In this document: one piece after another, positions 26,521 to 40,700 of the stretch
How positions within the stretch are numbered: position 1 is the first letter of the stretch
Layout of the letters: each line of letters opens with the position of its first letter
Assembly: GCF_002571385.2 (NCBI RefSeq)
Contig: NW_019218136.1
Location: 102,854-166,853, forward strand
Reading direction: 5' to 3'
DNA: 64,000 nucleotides
Source: Stylophora pistillata
Lineage: Eukaryota
The notes under the pieces: model-generated
Seen by the model: the letters and a program-made list of their open reading frames with translations, nothing else
Database searches by the model: none
What the model was told of the DNA's origin: nothing
Program-made: the position numbers and the translations under genes

Positions 26521-29500
26521 TCATGTGATTATCTATTAATAATATACATGAAAAAATACGAGGTAGCTTCTCATAACTACGCAGAAGAAAAGCGCGCGCA
26601 TCACGTGCAAAAATAATTTATTCAAACCCTGCAAGTGACATTGACCTTGACATTGACACTGACCAATCATTCTGACCAATCAGAATGTCTGGTTAGTTTC
26701 TTTCTTTGCACTGGATTAACTCTCTTCTGCACTGAATTAACTCTCTTCTGCACTGAATTAACTGAAAACTGCATTTATCTTAACCAATCAGAACTGAGAA
26801 ATTTTTTCATGTATATTATTAGACATGTTTCCATGCAAAAAGATTTTAGTATTTTGCACATCATTTCCCACCAGAAATGTACAAGTAGACCAAACCGTAC
26901 AAATTTAGTGAACTTTAAAGATATGTCAATCCTCAAACAGAGTAACGGTCATAGCCCATGCTTTGCCCTTCTCACGCGTCAATAGCTGCATAGCTGTGCT
27001 GTTCCAAAGCCTTTCTTATTTTTCTCCCTCGTCTCAATTTTTTTTAACTTTTCACTGTTTTCCTTTCGTCTTTAATTTGACAAGTCGAGCGAATTGTGAC
27101 CATCTGCAGCAGTCATGTTTGCTGCTTGACGTAATTCTTCCTCCCAACAGATGAATTAAATCATGGGTGTCGCAACCCGGGAAATTATATTTAGCAAAAC
27201 TGTGCAAAACTGGCAACCCTAATTAAATTTATCTGGGATTCAGAGCTGCAAAGCGACCGTTTAAACAACTGACTAGGAAAAGGATGCGGGATTCATACAC
27301 CGGTTGGACCAAACCATTAAGGATTCTTCTTTTTTTTTTTTTTTGGACTATCGAGCCTTGTTAATAACCCAAATAACTCGTTTTCTCATGAACGTTCCGC
27401 AGCACTTACACTGGACATCTACAAAAGCAGCACCAGATGTATCATTTCCAAGACGGTTAGACGCCACACATCGGTATACTCCGCTGTCTACTCGGCTGGT
27501 ATTGGTTATTGCCAACTGCTCTTCGTCTGCTGAAAAGCTGATCCTGGAGCTGTTACTTATGTCAGACCCATCTTTCGTCCATGATAGAGCAGGGGGAGGA
27601 TATCCAGTAGCATTGCAGTGTAACGTAACGTTTTCTCCCTCTCTTTTTGTTTCATTACTAGGATGAGTAGTGATCTTACTTTGGTCTATAATTATAAAAA
27701 GACACGTTCTATTGGGATACCAGCAACCATATAGCAAAAAACATTAGCATATTAACTACAAATTTTATAAATCTTACTTTGCAAGAAGCACCCACACTTT
27801 TTAAAGGCGAAAATATGAGGGTTGTCACTGTTCACAATATAGGATATCGGTGGAGCAAGTAGAAAATCTACACCAAAGGGACAGTTTTATAGACTGTATA
27901 GCTGACTTTCTATTGGAGAAGTTAAAACAATCCACTAAGTACTTCACTAGGCCCCACTGAAAACCTCCTTGAAGAGTTGGGTTTCCTCATTAAATGTTAT
28001 TTTTATTTTTGTTGTTGTTGTTATTACTTACATTCTACAAATAATGTAGCATTACGTGAGATGGCACTACCAATTCCATTGAGAGCCACACATCGGTATT
28101 TTCCACTGTCTGTCCTGTACACATTCATTATTTTCAACTCTGAATGACTGGTCTTGGAACTATTGCCGATAGGATTTCCATTTTTTTCCCACGATATTTC
28201 TGGCAATGGATTTCCAGTTGCGTTACAATATAATGTCGTGTTTTTTCCTTCTTTCACCACGTTATCAGAGGGATCGGTAATAATTTCCGGTTGATCTGAA
28301 ATTAAATGAAAAGACGGATATAAATCTTAGCCTAGTGCCTATTTACTCAGTATCTCTGAAAAAATGCCGGATACTTCGTTAGTTATTTTGAAAAGGATCC
28401 AACTTTCCAATGAAATACGTCTGGCTTTTGAAGCGGACCTGTGTACACTAATAGAAAAGACACAGAAAGATAAATGAGGGTTTGGTCTTAGCTCTACTAC
28501 CAACAAATAACTACATTTATCATAAGACCCGTCAATATAAAACCATAGTGAAGGCTGACGTGTTAAGGGTCGGACGGGTCAACGTGAGCCGGTCCGGAAA
28601 AAGCCGTCCGGCCCTGCTGCCCTCACATCGCTTTGTTGCAAAAACTGAAAGGAAAATACAAATGAGAAAAAAAAGTCGCGTTTTTCAAGGAATTTAGAGT
28701 TTCTTGTTCTTACTCGAAAAATACAGGAAAAGTTACAATTCCTGACTTTATTAGCTTGTGTGGCTGCGTGTGTCTCCCTATCGCACCCTATTTAGGTTGA
28801 AATTTTTTAACACTTAGTGGTCATACGATAAATACTTATTGACTGAGTTTGGTCGGGCCAGATGGAAAAATACTTGGCTCTCGGTCATAAGACATGGACC
28901 TTGCTGTGCTCAGTTCGTATGTCATGTCCGCCTTGAGCCAAATATTTTTCCGCCCGGCCCGACCAAACTAAGTCACTAGGTACAAGCATAGCACTTCACT
29001 TACATTGTACATTTAATACGGCAACTTTGGAGGAAGCGTTTCCAACTTCATTGTGGGCGACACACAGGTATTTTCCGCTATCTGTTCTGTTCACATTCGC
29101 TATCATCAGCGACTGGTTGCCTGCTGACAAACTAATCCTGTTGTTGCTTTTAACCGGATGTTCATCATTGAACCATGACAGCTCTGGCTCTGGATTTCCA
29201 GTAGCATTACAAGTTAATGTCACAGTCTTCCCTTCTGTTTCCGTAACATTCTGCGGTTCAGTAACTATCTCAGATCGATCTGTAATATTCAAAAAAACCT
29301 TCTTGTACCTCACTCAAACCAAGGCTTAAACGTGTCTTAGAGATCTTTTTTTCAGCGTGATTTAAAACTGTTTGCTTCCGTGAAGCTTATACCGATCTTT
29401 GTAAACTTAAAATTAAGCACATTGAAAATAGACGTTAATAACGACTTGGGAACCTATGAAAAGTTTATGTTTTTAGTTATCTGTTTCTGATTTTCACACA

Positions 29501-31669
29501 GGTAAATTTAATTTTATTATATATGTATTGCTGGTGTAAATAGGTATTAGCATGGGACTGAACTACATGTGGAAATAGACAGTCTAGTCTATCCAGTCGG
29601 TAAAGCAATTAGAAAATCTAGACCAACAGAACAGTTTTCCAGACTTTCCAGCTGACTTTCTTCTGAGGAAGTTTGAACAATTCATGAAATATGTCACTGA
29701 GCCCCACTGAAAACCGCCTTGGCGAGTAAAGTTCTCTCATTAAATATTACAATTACTATCATGATTATAATTATTATTATTATAATTATGATTGCTATCG
29801 TTTTTAATACTTACATTTCACAACTAACGTGGCATTACGTGAGGTGGCATTACCAATTCTATTGACAGCCATACACCGGTATGTTCCACTGTCTGTCCTG
29901 TACACATTTATTATTTTTAACTCTTTACTTTCTGCTGAAGAACTGATCCTGGAATTATTGCCGATAGGATTTCCATTTTTTTCCCACGATATTTCTGGCA
30001 ATGGATTTCCAGTTGCGTTACAATATAATGTCGTGTTTTTTCCTTCTTTTACCACGTCATCAGAGGGATCGGTGGTAATTTCCGGTTGATCTGAAATGAA
30101 ATGAACAGACCGATATAAATTTTAGCCTAGCGCTCTAATTACTCAGTATCTCTGAAGATTAAAAATACTTTGTTAGTTATTTTGAAAAGAATTCAACTTT
30201 TCCAATGAAATACGTCCGGCTTTTGAAGCGGACCTGTGTACGATGACTAAAACGACACAAAAAGATTAATGAAGGTTTCGCCTAAGCTCTGCAACCAGCA
30301 AATAACTATATTTATCATATGACCCATCCAGCCCCGCTCGCACAATCTCATAGAAAACCATAGTGAAAGCTGGCGTGTTTAGGGCCGGACGGGTTGACGT
30401 GAGCTGGTCTGGAAAAAGCGATCCGGCCTGCTACCCTCAAATCGCTTTGTTGCAAAAACATAAAAGAAAACACAAATGAGAAAAAAAGGTGGCGTTATTT
30501 TAAGGAATTGGGATTTTCTTGTTCTCACTCGAAAAAATAAAAGAAAAGTTACAATTCTTGATTTTATTGGCTTGTGTGGCTGCTTTTTCCCTTCTGTCGT
30601 GTCTTAGGTAGGTTGAAATTTGTTATCCCTTAGTGGTCATACGATAAATAGTGAACTGAGTTTGATCGGGCCGGAAGGGAAAATATTTTGCTCTCGGTCT
30701 TAAGGCATAGACCTCGCTCTGCTCAGTCTGTATGTCATGTCCGCCTTGAGCCAAATATTTTCCCGTCCGGCCCGACCAAACTCAGTCACTAAATACATAG
30801 CATAGCACTTCACTTACGTTGTACATTTAATATGGCAACTTTCGAGGAAGCATTTCCAACTTCATTATGGGCGACACACAGGTATTTTCCGCTATCTGTT
30901 CTGTTCACATTCGCTATCATCAGCGACTGGTTGCCTGCTGACAAACTAATCCTGTTGATGCTTTTTACGCGATGTTCATCAATGAACCATGACAGCTATG
31001 GCTCTGGATTTCCAGTAGCATTACAAGTTAAAGTCACATTGTTCCCTTCTGTTTTCGTTACATTCTGCGGTTCAGTAACTATCTCAGGTCGATCTGCAAT
31101 ATCGAAAAAAAAAAATTGCACCCCACTCAAACCAGAGCTTAAAGATGTTTAAATGATGTTTTGTTCAGGTATAAAACTGTTTGCTTCCGGGAAACTACTT
31201 ATACCGATGTTTGTCGCCTTAAAATCAAGCACATTGAAAACAATTTAATAACGGCTTGGAAACCTTATTATGGGATAGTTTAGCTTTTTACTTCTCTGTT
31301 TCTGATTTTCACTCGGGTAGATTTGGTTTCATTAAATATGTTTTGCTGGTGTTGATGGGTATTAGCATAGAGCTGAACTACAGTTTGAAATAGACAGTCC
31401 AGTATATGCAGTCAGTATAGCAATTAAAAAATCTACACCAATAAAACAGTTCTCCAGACTTTCCAGCTGACTTTCTACTGAAGAAGTTTGAACAATTTAT
31501 GAAATACGTCACTGGGCACCACGGAAAACCGCCTTGGCGAGTTGAGTTCCCTCATTAAATAATAATAAAATCATTTTTATTCATTATTATACCTTAATTT
31601 GTCTTAATTTTGTTTGTTATCCTGTATTTTTACTGATTTTTTGATTTTCAATGAATAAATGATAGATTA

Positions 31670-31700
<31 letters not shown>

Positions 31701-34700
31701 ATCATTATAAATGCTTTTAATACTTACATTTCACAACTAACGTGGCATTACGTGAGGTGGCATTACCAATTCTATTGACAGCCACACATCGGTATGTTCC
31801 TCTGTCAGTCCTTTTCACATTTATTATTTTCAACTCTTTGCTTTCTGCTGAATAACTGATCTTGGAATTATTTCCGATAGGATTTCCATTTTTTTCCCAC
31901 GATATTTCTGGTAATGGATTTCCAGTCGCGTTACAATAGAATGTCGTGCTTTTTCCTTCTTTCACCGAGTCATCAGAGGGATCGGTGATGATTTCCGGTC
32001 GATCTGAAATGAAATGAACAGACGGATGTGAATTTTAGTCTAGAGCTCTATTTACTCAGTATCTCTGAAAAAATGGTGCTTAGTTAGTTATTCCGATAAA
32101 AAAAACCGTAACAAAAATGAAACACAGCTAACACTCGTATAGTAGTGTATAATTACGTGCTCAAAAACTAAGTACAATAAAACAGGAATCAAACTTGAAG
32201 TTATATCCAAACTGGCATAACTGTTGAAATTCATACAAATCATGACGATTTCAGAGCGATTGCAATCATGCTGAGGCTCATCTAAACTAGCTGATCATAG
32301 TGATCTGCAGTCATCGCAGTGAAGCAAGCCACAGAAATGAAATCGGCCGTCCTTATGGCAAACTGAATTGAGAAGCGGTCTGAGCACTCAAGAAATGGGG
32401 AGAAACACTCGATAACGTCCCGTGTTTCTTCCTATACTTTTCTCGCGCTCTAACCGCTTCCTCGGTGCTTTACAACAGAACAGAGCACAGTCAAAGCTTC
32501 TACTTTTGTTAAGTGTAGTACTCACTTACATTGAACATTTAATATGGCAACTTTCGAGGAAGCGTTTCCAACTTTATTATGGGCGACACACAGATATTCT
32601 CCGCTATCTGTTCTGTTCATATTCGCTATAATCAGTGACTGGTTGCCTGCTGACAAACTAATCCTGTTGCCGCTTTTCACGAGATGTTCATCACTGAACC
32701 ATGACAGCTCTGGCTCTGGATTTCCAGTAGCATTACAAGTTAATGTCACATTCTTCCCTTCTGGTTCCGTAACATTCTGCGGTTGAATAACTATCACAGG
32801 TCGATCTGTAAGTAAAAAAAACCTTCTTTTACCTCACTCAAACCAAAGCTTAAACAAAATTTAAAGATATTTTCTTCAACGTGATTTAAAACTGTTTGCT
32901 TCCGGGAAGCTGCTTAAACCGATGTTTGTCGACTTAAGATAAAGCACATTAAAAATAAACATTAGTAACGACTTAAAAACCTATGAAAAATTTAGATTTT
33001 TAGTTCTCTGTTCCTGATTTTCCCTCAGGTAGATATGGTTTAATCAAATATGTTTGCTAGTGTGAATGGTACTGGATTTTCAGTAGCACTACAAGTACAA
33101 GTCAAGTTTCTTCCTTCCCTTACTTTTAGGATGAGTAGTAGTATCAGGTTTATCTGAAATTTTTAGAACTATCTGGTTAGCAAAGGGTAAATAAATAACA
33201 AAAAAAGTCTGCATAGAAATGCATAAATGACTGTACAACCCTGTTATGTTAAAATAAAATTGTATGATAGAAGGTGTGCTGCTGCGTGTATGAGCGGATA
33301 TCATTCAGGGGCTATGATTATTAGACAAGAGTTACGACAAAAGTTGACCATGGCGAAAACAAAGAAGTGTGTATTGGGTAGAGGGCTGTAATAAGTGGAG
33401 GCCTTGAATCAGAATACTATTCAAAATACATTTCAAAGAGAATAGAGTGTCCTTAACAGTAGGGTGTAAAGATGAGAACTCACATTGGATATCAACAGTA
33501 GAAACGTTTGAGGTATCACTTCCAAGGCTGTTGTTCGCCACACATCGGTAACTCCCCTTGTCTTTTCTGTTTACATTTCGTATATTCAAGCGCTTATTAT
33601 CGTCTGAAAAGTTTATCCTGGAATTATTGTTTATAAGAGAACCATCTTTGGTCCATGATATGTTCGCTGGTGGGTTTGCAGTGGCATTACAAAATAAAGT
33701 TAAATTATTTCCCTCTTCTTCTGTCACAATCGCTTGAGGATGAGAAACGATCTTAGTTTGATCTGCAATTTCAAAAATACTTTAGTTGGCAAAAATCGTA
33801 CACAAAAGCATAAATATAACACAGCTAAAAAATAACGTGTGACCACTTGCGGTTTGCTTCTTAAACAGCATATCCTTGCCGCCACTTAGGCTGATATAAA
33901 ACTGACTGATCTTTCCTCATTCTTTCCGTGAAAGAACATAAGTGCTACTACAAAAGGAAGTTCTTTATAGAGAAGGCTGTATAACTTAAGAAAAAAACTT
34001 GCATAAACATCCTTAAATTTAGGATGTATGTTGCGATATCGTTTCTTAAGAACAACCTAGCCACGAAATATCAATGTTTTAAAACACTAACGTAAATACA
34101 GAAACCAGTCACTTCCCATCGAGGCAAATTCTCCACGTAAAACATGAATAAGACCAGGAGTAAGTATATCGGTAAATAGTTTATAAACAGTCGGAATACT
34201 TTCGGGTCATAATGAGTTTTTAACAGGTACATGTACGTCAAATAAGCTTAAAGTTTAAGTAATTTTCGGAGCATATGTCGGTAAAAATAGACGAGCTTAT
34301 ACCTAGAAAGCAATTAATTCAATTAGCCTTTGCTACATTAACGCGGATTAGCACATTTAATCGAAACAATAACACTAGAAAACGAAACATTCGAGTCAAA
34401 TTACAATATCGAAATATTTTGCTTAAGAAAATCAACTGAAACACTGAATTTCAACAAATTCAAATTGCCAAGATCCTTCTCTCGCACTCAAGAGAATTCA
34501 ATTCGATTACATTGTAAATTTCGGGAGATTTCAACGGATAAAATCGATGTGCAGCCAAGGCTAAAACTTCTTATATAAAATTAAACGAGGTTGATTTCCG
34601 CTTCCACATTTGTTAAAAAATCTGTCTTCGAATGATGAAAAATAATCTTATACCTCCTGGGATAGATAAATAAAACAGTACCAGTGACAGGACGAAGAAC

Positions 34701-37700
34701 CAATGAAAAAGACGTTCCCTGAAGGTACAAATTCTGGCAAGACGTTCGTCCATGCTTAGGAAGCATAGTTTGATCAAAAGGAAGATGAAAGAATCGACCG
34801 CAAGTTAGATAATTATTGCAAGGGTTCAAAAGGCAATCACAATGAGGTTTCTATATAACACGCGTTCTGATTGGCTAAAACGGCATTCTTTATCAGAGTA
34901 CGGATACACAGAGTAACGGTGTCACGCGTCCAGATGTATTCCCTCAATTTTTTTATTTTTTTGTGCTTATTCGTAAGTGCTGAATAATGATTGGATTAAT
35001 AAGGGGATAGATTGGGGTCATCAGATCATATTTTAATTGCTGTTTAAAGTTATACTCGTCAAACGAAGTCTACTGCCACTAAAACCACTACAACAACTAC
35101 TGCCACTGAGTACAACAACTACTTCTGCTAGCACTACTTCTACTACTAATACTGCTGCTGCTGCAGCCGCTACTACAACTACTACTACTTCCACTACTAC
35201 TAGTACAGCGGTACAAACCACGCTAAGCCAAAGTCGATTTGTTTTTTACCACAACATCAACTTCAAATAGAAAGATTCTTTCAGTGCGTGACATGTTGAT
35301 GTGAACAGCGGTACCTGTACTCTAATAGACAACAGCAGTTTAGCCGATCAGATTGCGACATTACTGCCAAATGCGGAAAGGACTGATAGTGTTTATACAT
35401 GTACGATGGTTATTTTAAGTCACTTACACTGAACATTAACTGTGGAAGCGTAAGAAGTATCCCTTCCAACTCTGTTTTTCGCTCGACATTTGTATTTGCC
35501 ACTGTCTATTCTGTTCACTTTCGTTATCGTCAACTGTTCTTGGCTTGCTGACAAAATGATCCTAGAGCCGTTACTTAACAGATTTCCATTCTTGGTCCAT
35601 GATATGGTCGGGGCTGGATTTCCAGTAGCATTACAATACAAAGTCACGCCATGACCTTCTTCTGTTGTGATATTGCGAGGATGAGTTGCGATCTCAGGTT
35701 TATCTGTAAATAAATACGGTATTTGCGCAAGGTTGATTTAAAAATAAAGATTAGGTACATGTACATGTAATAATAACTCTTGTTAGCTTGTTGTGATAGT
35801 GTATTTGAAAGTTCTCACCCTTTCTTTTGTTTAATTTACTGCTGATAATTAAGGAAAAATATACTCACCGCACTAAATCCTACTTATGTATTAGTGGAAA
35901 TAAGACCTGAAAAAAATTCAGGCCCGTACGGGAATTGAACCTATGACCTCTGCGATACCGGTGTAGTGCTCTACCAACTGAGTTAACGAGCCAACTGAGA
36001 GCTGGTCATTATGTTGGTTCGAATTAAACCCGTTGAAGTGATAATTCAATGAATTTTTAATTTTTTTTTTTTTTTTACAGGCCTTATTTCCACTACTACA
36101 TAAGTAGGGTTTATTACTGCAATGATCGCTTTCATACATTTCATGCAACCGCAGTACACATATATGATTTTCTTATATTCAAATTCATTAAATTATAGTA
36201 ATTGTTGAGTAGTTTTCAAGGATGATATTGTTGTAGACGAGTGATTGGATGAAACGAGACGTCTTCTTCAACTCCAAGGGTAAAAATGTATCCAATGAGT
36301 GTTTCAAATTCGTTACTTAAGGAAAGGCCCAGTTTTATCGTGTACCTTCAATTATGATCATCATCGTGTCCTGTGTGCTGCTTAAAATATTCGTGGCGTT
36401 ACAGGTGTAATTTCCCCCATCCCTTAAAGAAGCTGCAGTGATTGATAACTGTATTTGACTTTCATTAAAGGATGGAATTGTCACTCTGGAACCATTCATC
36501 AGCTTCAAAGCATTCCTAGCAATCACAGTTCCTTCCTTTATCCACTGCACTTCAGACACTGGTGGCGACGCTTCATACCGACATATCAGCCGGATATTGC
36601 CGCCCTTGGCCAAATATTGCTTTTGATTGCCATCAATTGACACTTCGGGTTCAACTAAAAGGTAAATAGGGTTGGCGTTAGAGTTAATAAAAATTTCGAA
36701 CAGCATCTAATCGTTGCTTTGTGATGATGTCCAAATACATCTACGTCTTTGCCGAGACTCAGTGTTAAATGACAAACTACGAGGAGTAGACAGCCAGTGA
36801 TTTTTACAACTGAACAAGTATTGGACAAGGTAAAGAACGAAACGAAATAAGTCCGATATAGTTTTTAATGAAATAAATCTTTGAGAAAAGACTACAGATA
36901 CACTACCCAATTCGGTATAGAGAGCGTGCATCCAAAGGTAAATCTACACACCAGGGTTGGTCCCAAGAATGTAAATCTAATGATCTAAGAATGTCAACGG
37001 ATAGAGACTGGAAATAGTAACAAGTAACACGTGAAAATGGAAGAATTTAAGACACTTACAAAGAACACCCACTTTGGAATTTGCGGTGTCATTTCCAACT
37101 CTGTTCTTCGCCACACATCGGTATTCACCGCTATCTGTTCTGCTTACATTCGTTATAGTCAACCGCTCATTGTCTGGTGAGAAGCTGATCCGTGAATTGT
37201 TGTTTACTGAAAATCCATCTTTGACCCAAGATATTGACGGTCCTGGATTTCCGGTGGCGTTACAAGACAGAGTTACCTTTTTTCCTTCTAGAACAGTTTC
37301 CCTTCTTGGATAAATAGTAATTGATGGCAATTCTGTGTGAAAAAGCAGCAGGAGAAGCTGTGTAATTTGATATTTAATATACTTTCTTAAAACAAACGCT
37401 GGGTTCAAATGGTGATTCTTTTTCTGACGTTTGTGCTCTTTTTGTCCTCCAAAACTAAATCACAAGCCCTCTCCAGTAAACAACTTGTCTAGAAGGTAAT
37501 GGAATTAAGTAGCCATCTGGAGCCTCACTGAAGCGCCTACGGTAAAAAAAGACAATACCAGTTCTAAAGTGCTTTGTAGCATACAGTACCTTGGCTTATA
37601 ACTGACGTCTTCAGGGATGAGTTGCCAACAGCATTGATAACTAGGCAGGTGTAGTTTCCAGCATCTTGAGAGGTACTTTGATTTATAAGCAACTGTAATT

Positions 37701-40700
37701 GACTTTCATTATAATATGGAACAGTAAGGCGGGACTCGTTACGGATTAGCAGACTAGCGTTTCTAGAAATCACAATTCCATCTTTTATCCATTGCGCTTC
37801 AGACACTGGTGGTACAGCATTGTACTTGCAGACGAGTTTCTTTGTTTTACCGACAACTGCAAACTGTTGTGGACCACCAATCATTGTCACTTCAGGTGGA
37901 TCTACATTTGATTACGAAGGAATAGTTGCATTTTTAACAAACAGTTCATGGTTTCGACTACCAGTTCCACAGGTTCACCAATTCAGTTCTTTCCAGTTTT
38001 GGCGTTGAACATAAATTGAATCTTTCAGCGTGCAAGTAAATCTGAAATCCCCAAACAAAAGCCTTGAAAAGCAACTTATCCTGCAATTTACAAACCTGTG
38101 TCAGGTGGCGGAAAAACATAACTTTTTTTTTTCATCTCGACATTATTGATTGACCTTTAGACATTTGAGATAACAAGACTCTGATTGGTGATCAAATGAC
38201 CAAATAACCTATTGTTCGTAAAGATTTGAAAGCCATCAAAACTTTTGTGTCTAAACTAGAATGAACCATCTCAGCTTCACAACAAAATGCAGGTTTCATT
38301 TATCAAAAATACATATTACTCACAATGCACTTCTAGGGTAGTATCGTGAGACGTAGCATTTCCAAGACTGTTTTCTGCAGCACATAGGTACACTCCACCA
38401 TCTATTTTGCTCACATTCTTGATAGTGAGCTGCTTTCCTTTTTTAGAAAAATTCATTCTAGAACTGTTACTGTTGTCGAGAGGAAACCCATTTTTGGTCC
38501 ATGATACTGTAGGTGCTGGATTTCCGATGGCGTTGCAAAGTAAAGTTACTTCGTCTCCTTCGGTTCTTTGAATCAATCGTGGAACAGTGCGTATCTCGGG
38601 TTTATCTACAGTCGTCCATATAAGCGAAGCAAAATAAGCAGCAGATACTTTTAAATTAAAAGAAAGTAGTATTTTCAGGTGCTTCGAAAAAGAAGTGTCT
38701 CTATTTTGTCCCTTAGAAGTCAAAGAATGATCAAAATAGGGAAAGGTGGAGAGTGGGATTCTTAGATTGATGTTGCTTAGGGTTAGCGGTAGATATTTGC
38801 CGAATCATTTTCAACGACACAGAGGTGAATAGTTATTTTAGTATATACCACATGTCGAAATAACTAATGAGGAATGCATAACAAAACAAAAGTGACCAAA
38901 AAAGTTTTCACATGAATTTCGCATTTAGCATCAAAAGCTCTCCGACGTATTTCCCACGACAACTGAACATACCCATTTAGACGTCATCAAAATCTGAAGT
39001 AATATCTAATTTTAAAAGCAATGTAGCTATGACAAAGCGATTTATGAGCGTTTTTTTTTCAAGACCGCGTAAAGGTGGCACATTGACCGAAAAATGACTA
39101 TCCTCATATTTCAGTCAGAGATGCTTTATAAAGAACCTAGAAACGTGGTATGTTTTTTTTTTCTTTTTTTCCAGACTTACTTCTTTATCCTAGAAAGTTC
39201 ACGAAAACTGAATGGAGCGTCGGTACCCGTAAAATGGCGGGAATCAGTACCCCGAGTAGAGGCAAATGAACTTTGCTCATGAAAAGCGCAAAAGAAAGCA
39301 AACTCGTATCAATTTGACAAATTTGTATAGGAGAGATTGAGGCATGGCTTAAGTTTAAAACGGGACCATTTCACTTAAATTTGAGCTCACGGAATGCTTT
39401 TAAAAATCACCAATATTTCAAAATCCAAATGTCGCATTTCGTCGCAAATTTTCAATTATCATTTTCCCCATACGGTAGAACTCAGAATCGGTTGAGGTTG
39501 AGCTCGTGATATTTCAAGTGGAAATAGTGTTCTTTTCGATGATATAAAAACTAGTTTGGGGCTTTTCACTTCCGCGCGGAAAAACCAGGCTGAACTTTGT
39601 GAAAGTCGCAACATCGTAATTTACGCCACGACATAATCTAATTAGGTACCCCGTAGTTAAATCCGGAATTCCAAGCACATTTAGAAGTAACCACCGAATT
39701 CGATCAGGAAATCATCACAGTAAGCTAGCCTTGCATAGCTAACCACGGCAGATTGGTTTTTATCTCTGCTCTCGTTTCAAATTCTCATCCATTTCCCATG
39801 GCGGAATTGTTTACAATAACACATTCCGTAAGCTAGCGGGGGGCGTCTTTTTTCTTTGCGTATTCGAACACCTATAAGTTTTAAGAAAGTTCCACGGTAA
39901 ACTTGAGCTTCATTGTGGACTTGAAAGAGGACAATTCAATTATCTGTAACGGCAGGTCAAATGTTCTTTGCTGAAGATGTTGAAGACGGGAAGCAATTAT
40001 ATATTTGATACTACTATGATTTCAAAATACTCAATGCATTTGTCACGCAAGGTCGAAATATTTTCAATTACAAAAACACATCTCATTGTTCCCATCTCGC
40101 GGTTTTTTGGCCACGAGAATGGCACTTTTAAAAAACTTGTTCATTAGATAATATTGAATATGTTACCTCGGAAGAGTGTTTCATTGAAAAATAGAGATAC
40201 AACTGTAGGAGGACTCACCCCCACCCCGTTGAAAACCGCTATGGTAACTATTTTTAGCGGAAAATCATTAGATTTAGTTGCAAGTAGAAGAAGACACTGT
40301 GGCACGGTTTTTCTCAGCGATTATCAAACAGGTGACATCGTTAGATGGGGGGATACTGAAAGTATTATGTACGCTAGAAGAAAAAATGATGCATCCATCA
40401 ATTCAAAGCTTCAACATCGCCTCCCCTCAGGAATTTTAACTTTTGAAGATTTGTTCCAGCCCTCCTGGGCCAAAATCTCGTTAAAATTCCCTGCCCAAGT
40501 GCTAGATCTTAGTGGTTCTCTATGGGGTTAACTGTCAGCCGTAAAACGGCAAAAGTTAGCCGTTAGGCGTACTGAGAAACTGACAAATTTTAACCGTGAG
40601 TCCTAAAAATGATGTGACCGTAAAAAATTTAGCATTCGCCGTGTGAAATGGCCAAAAATGTAACAGTTAGCCTTGAAAGCCATCTTTTCATAGAAATCCT

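Noticed and set aside
35033-35270. Mucin-like Thr-rich ORF or poly-Val TM ORF
   Set aside because: Translation of an intronic microsatellite; the Thr-rich frame is antisense to gene B and no splice sites support it.
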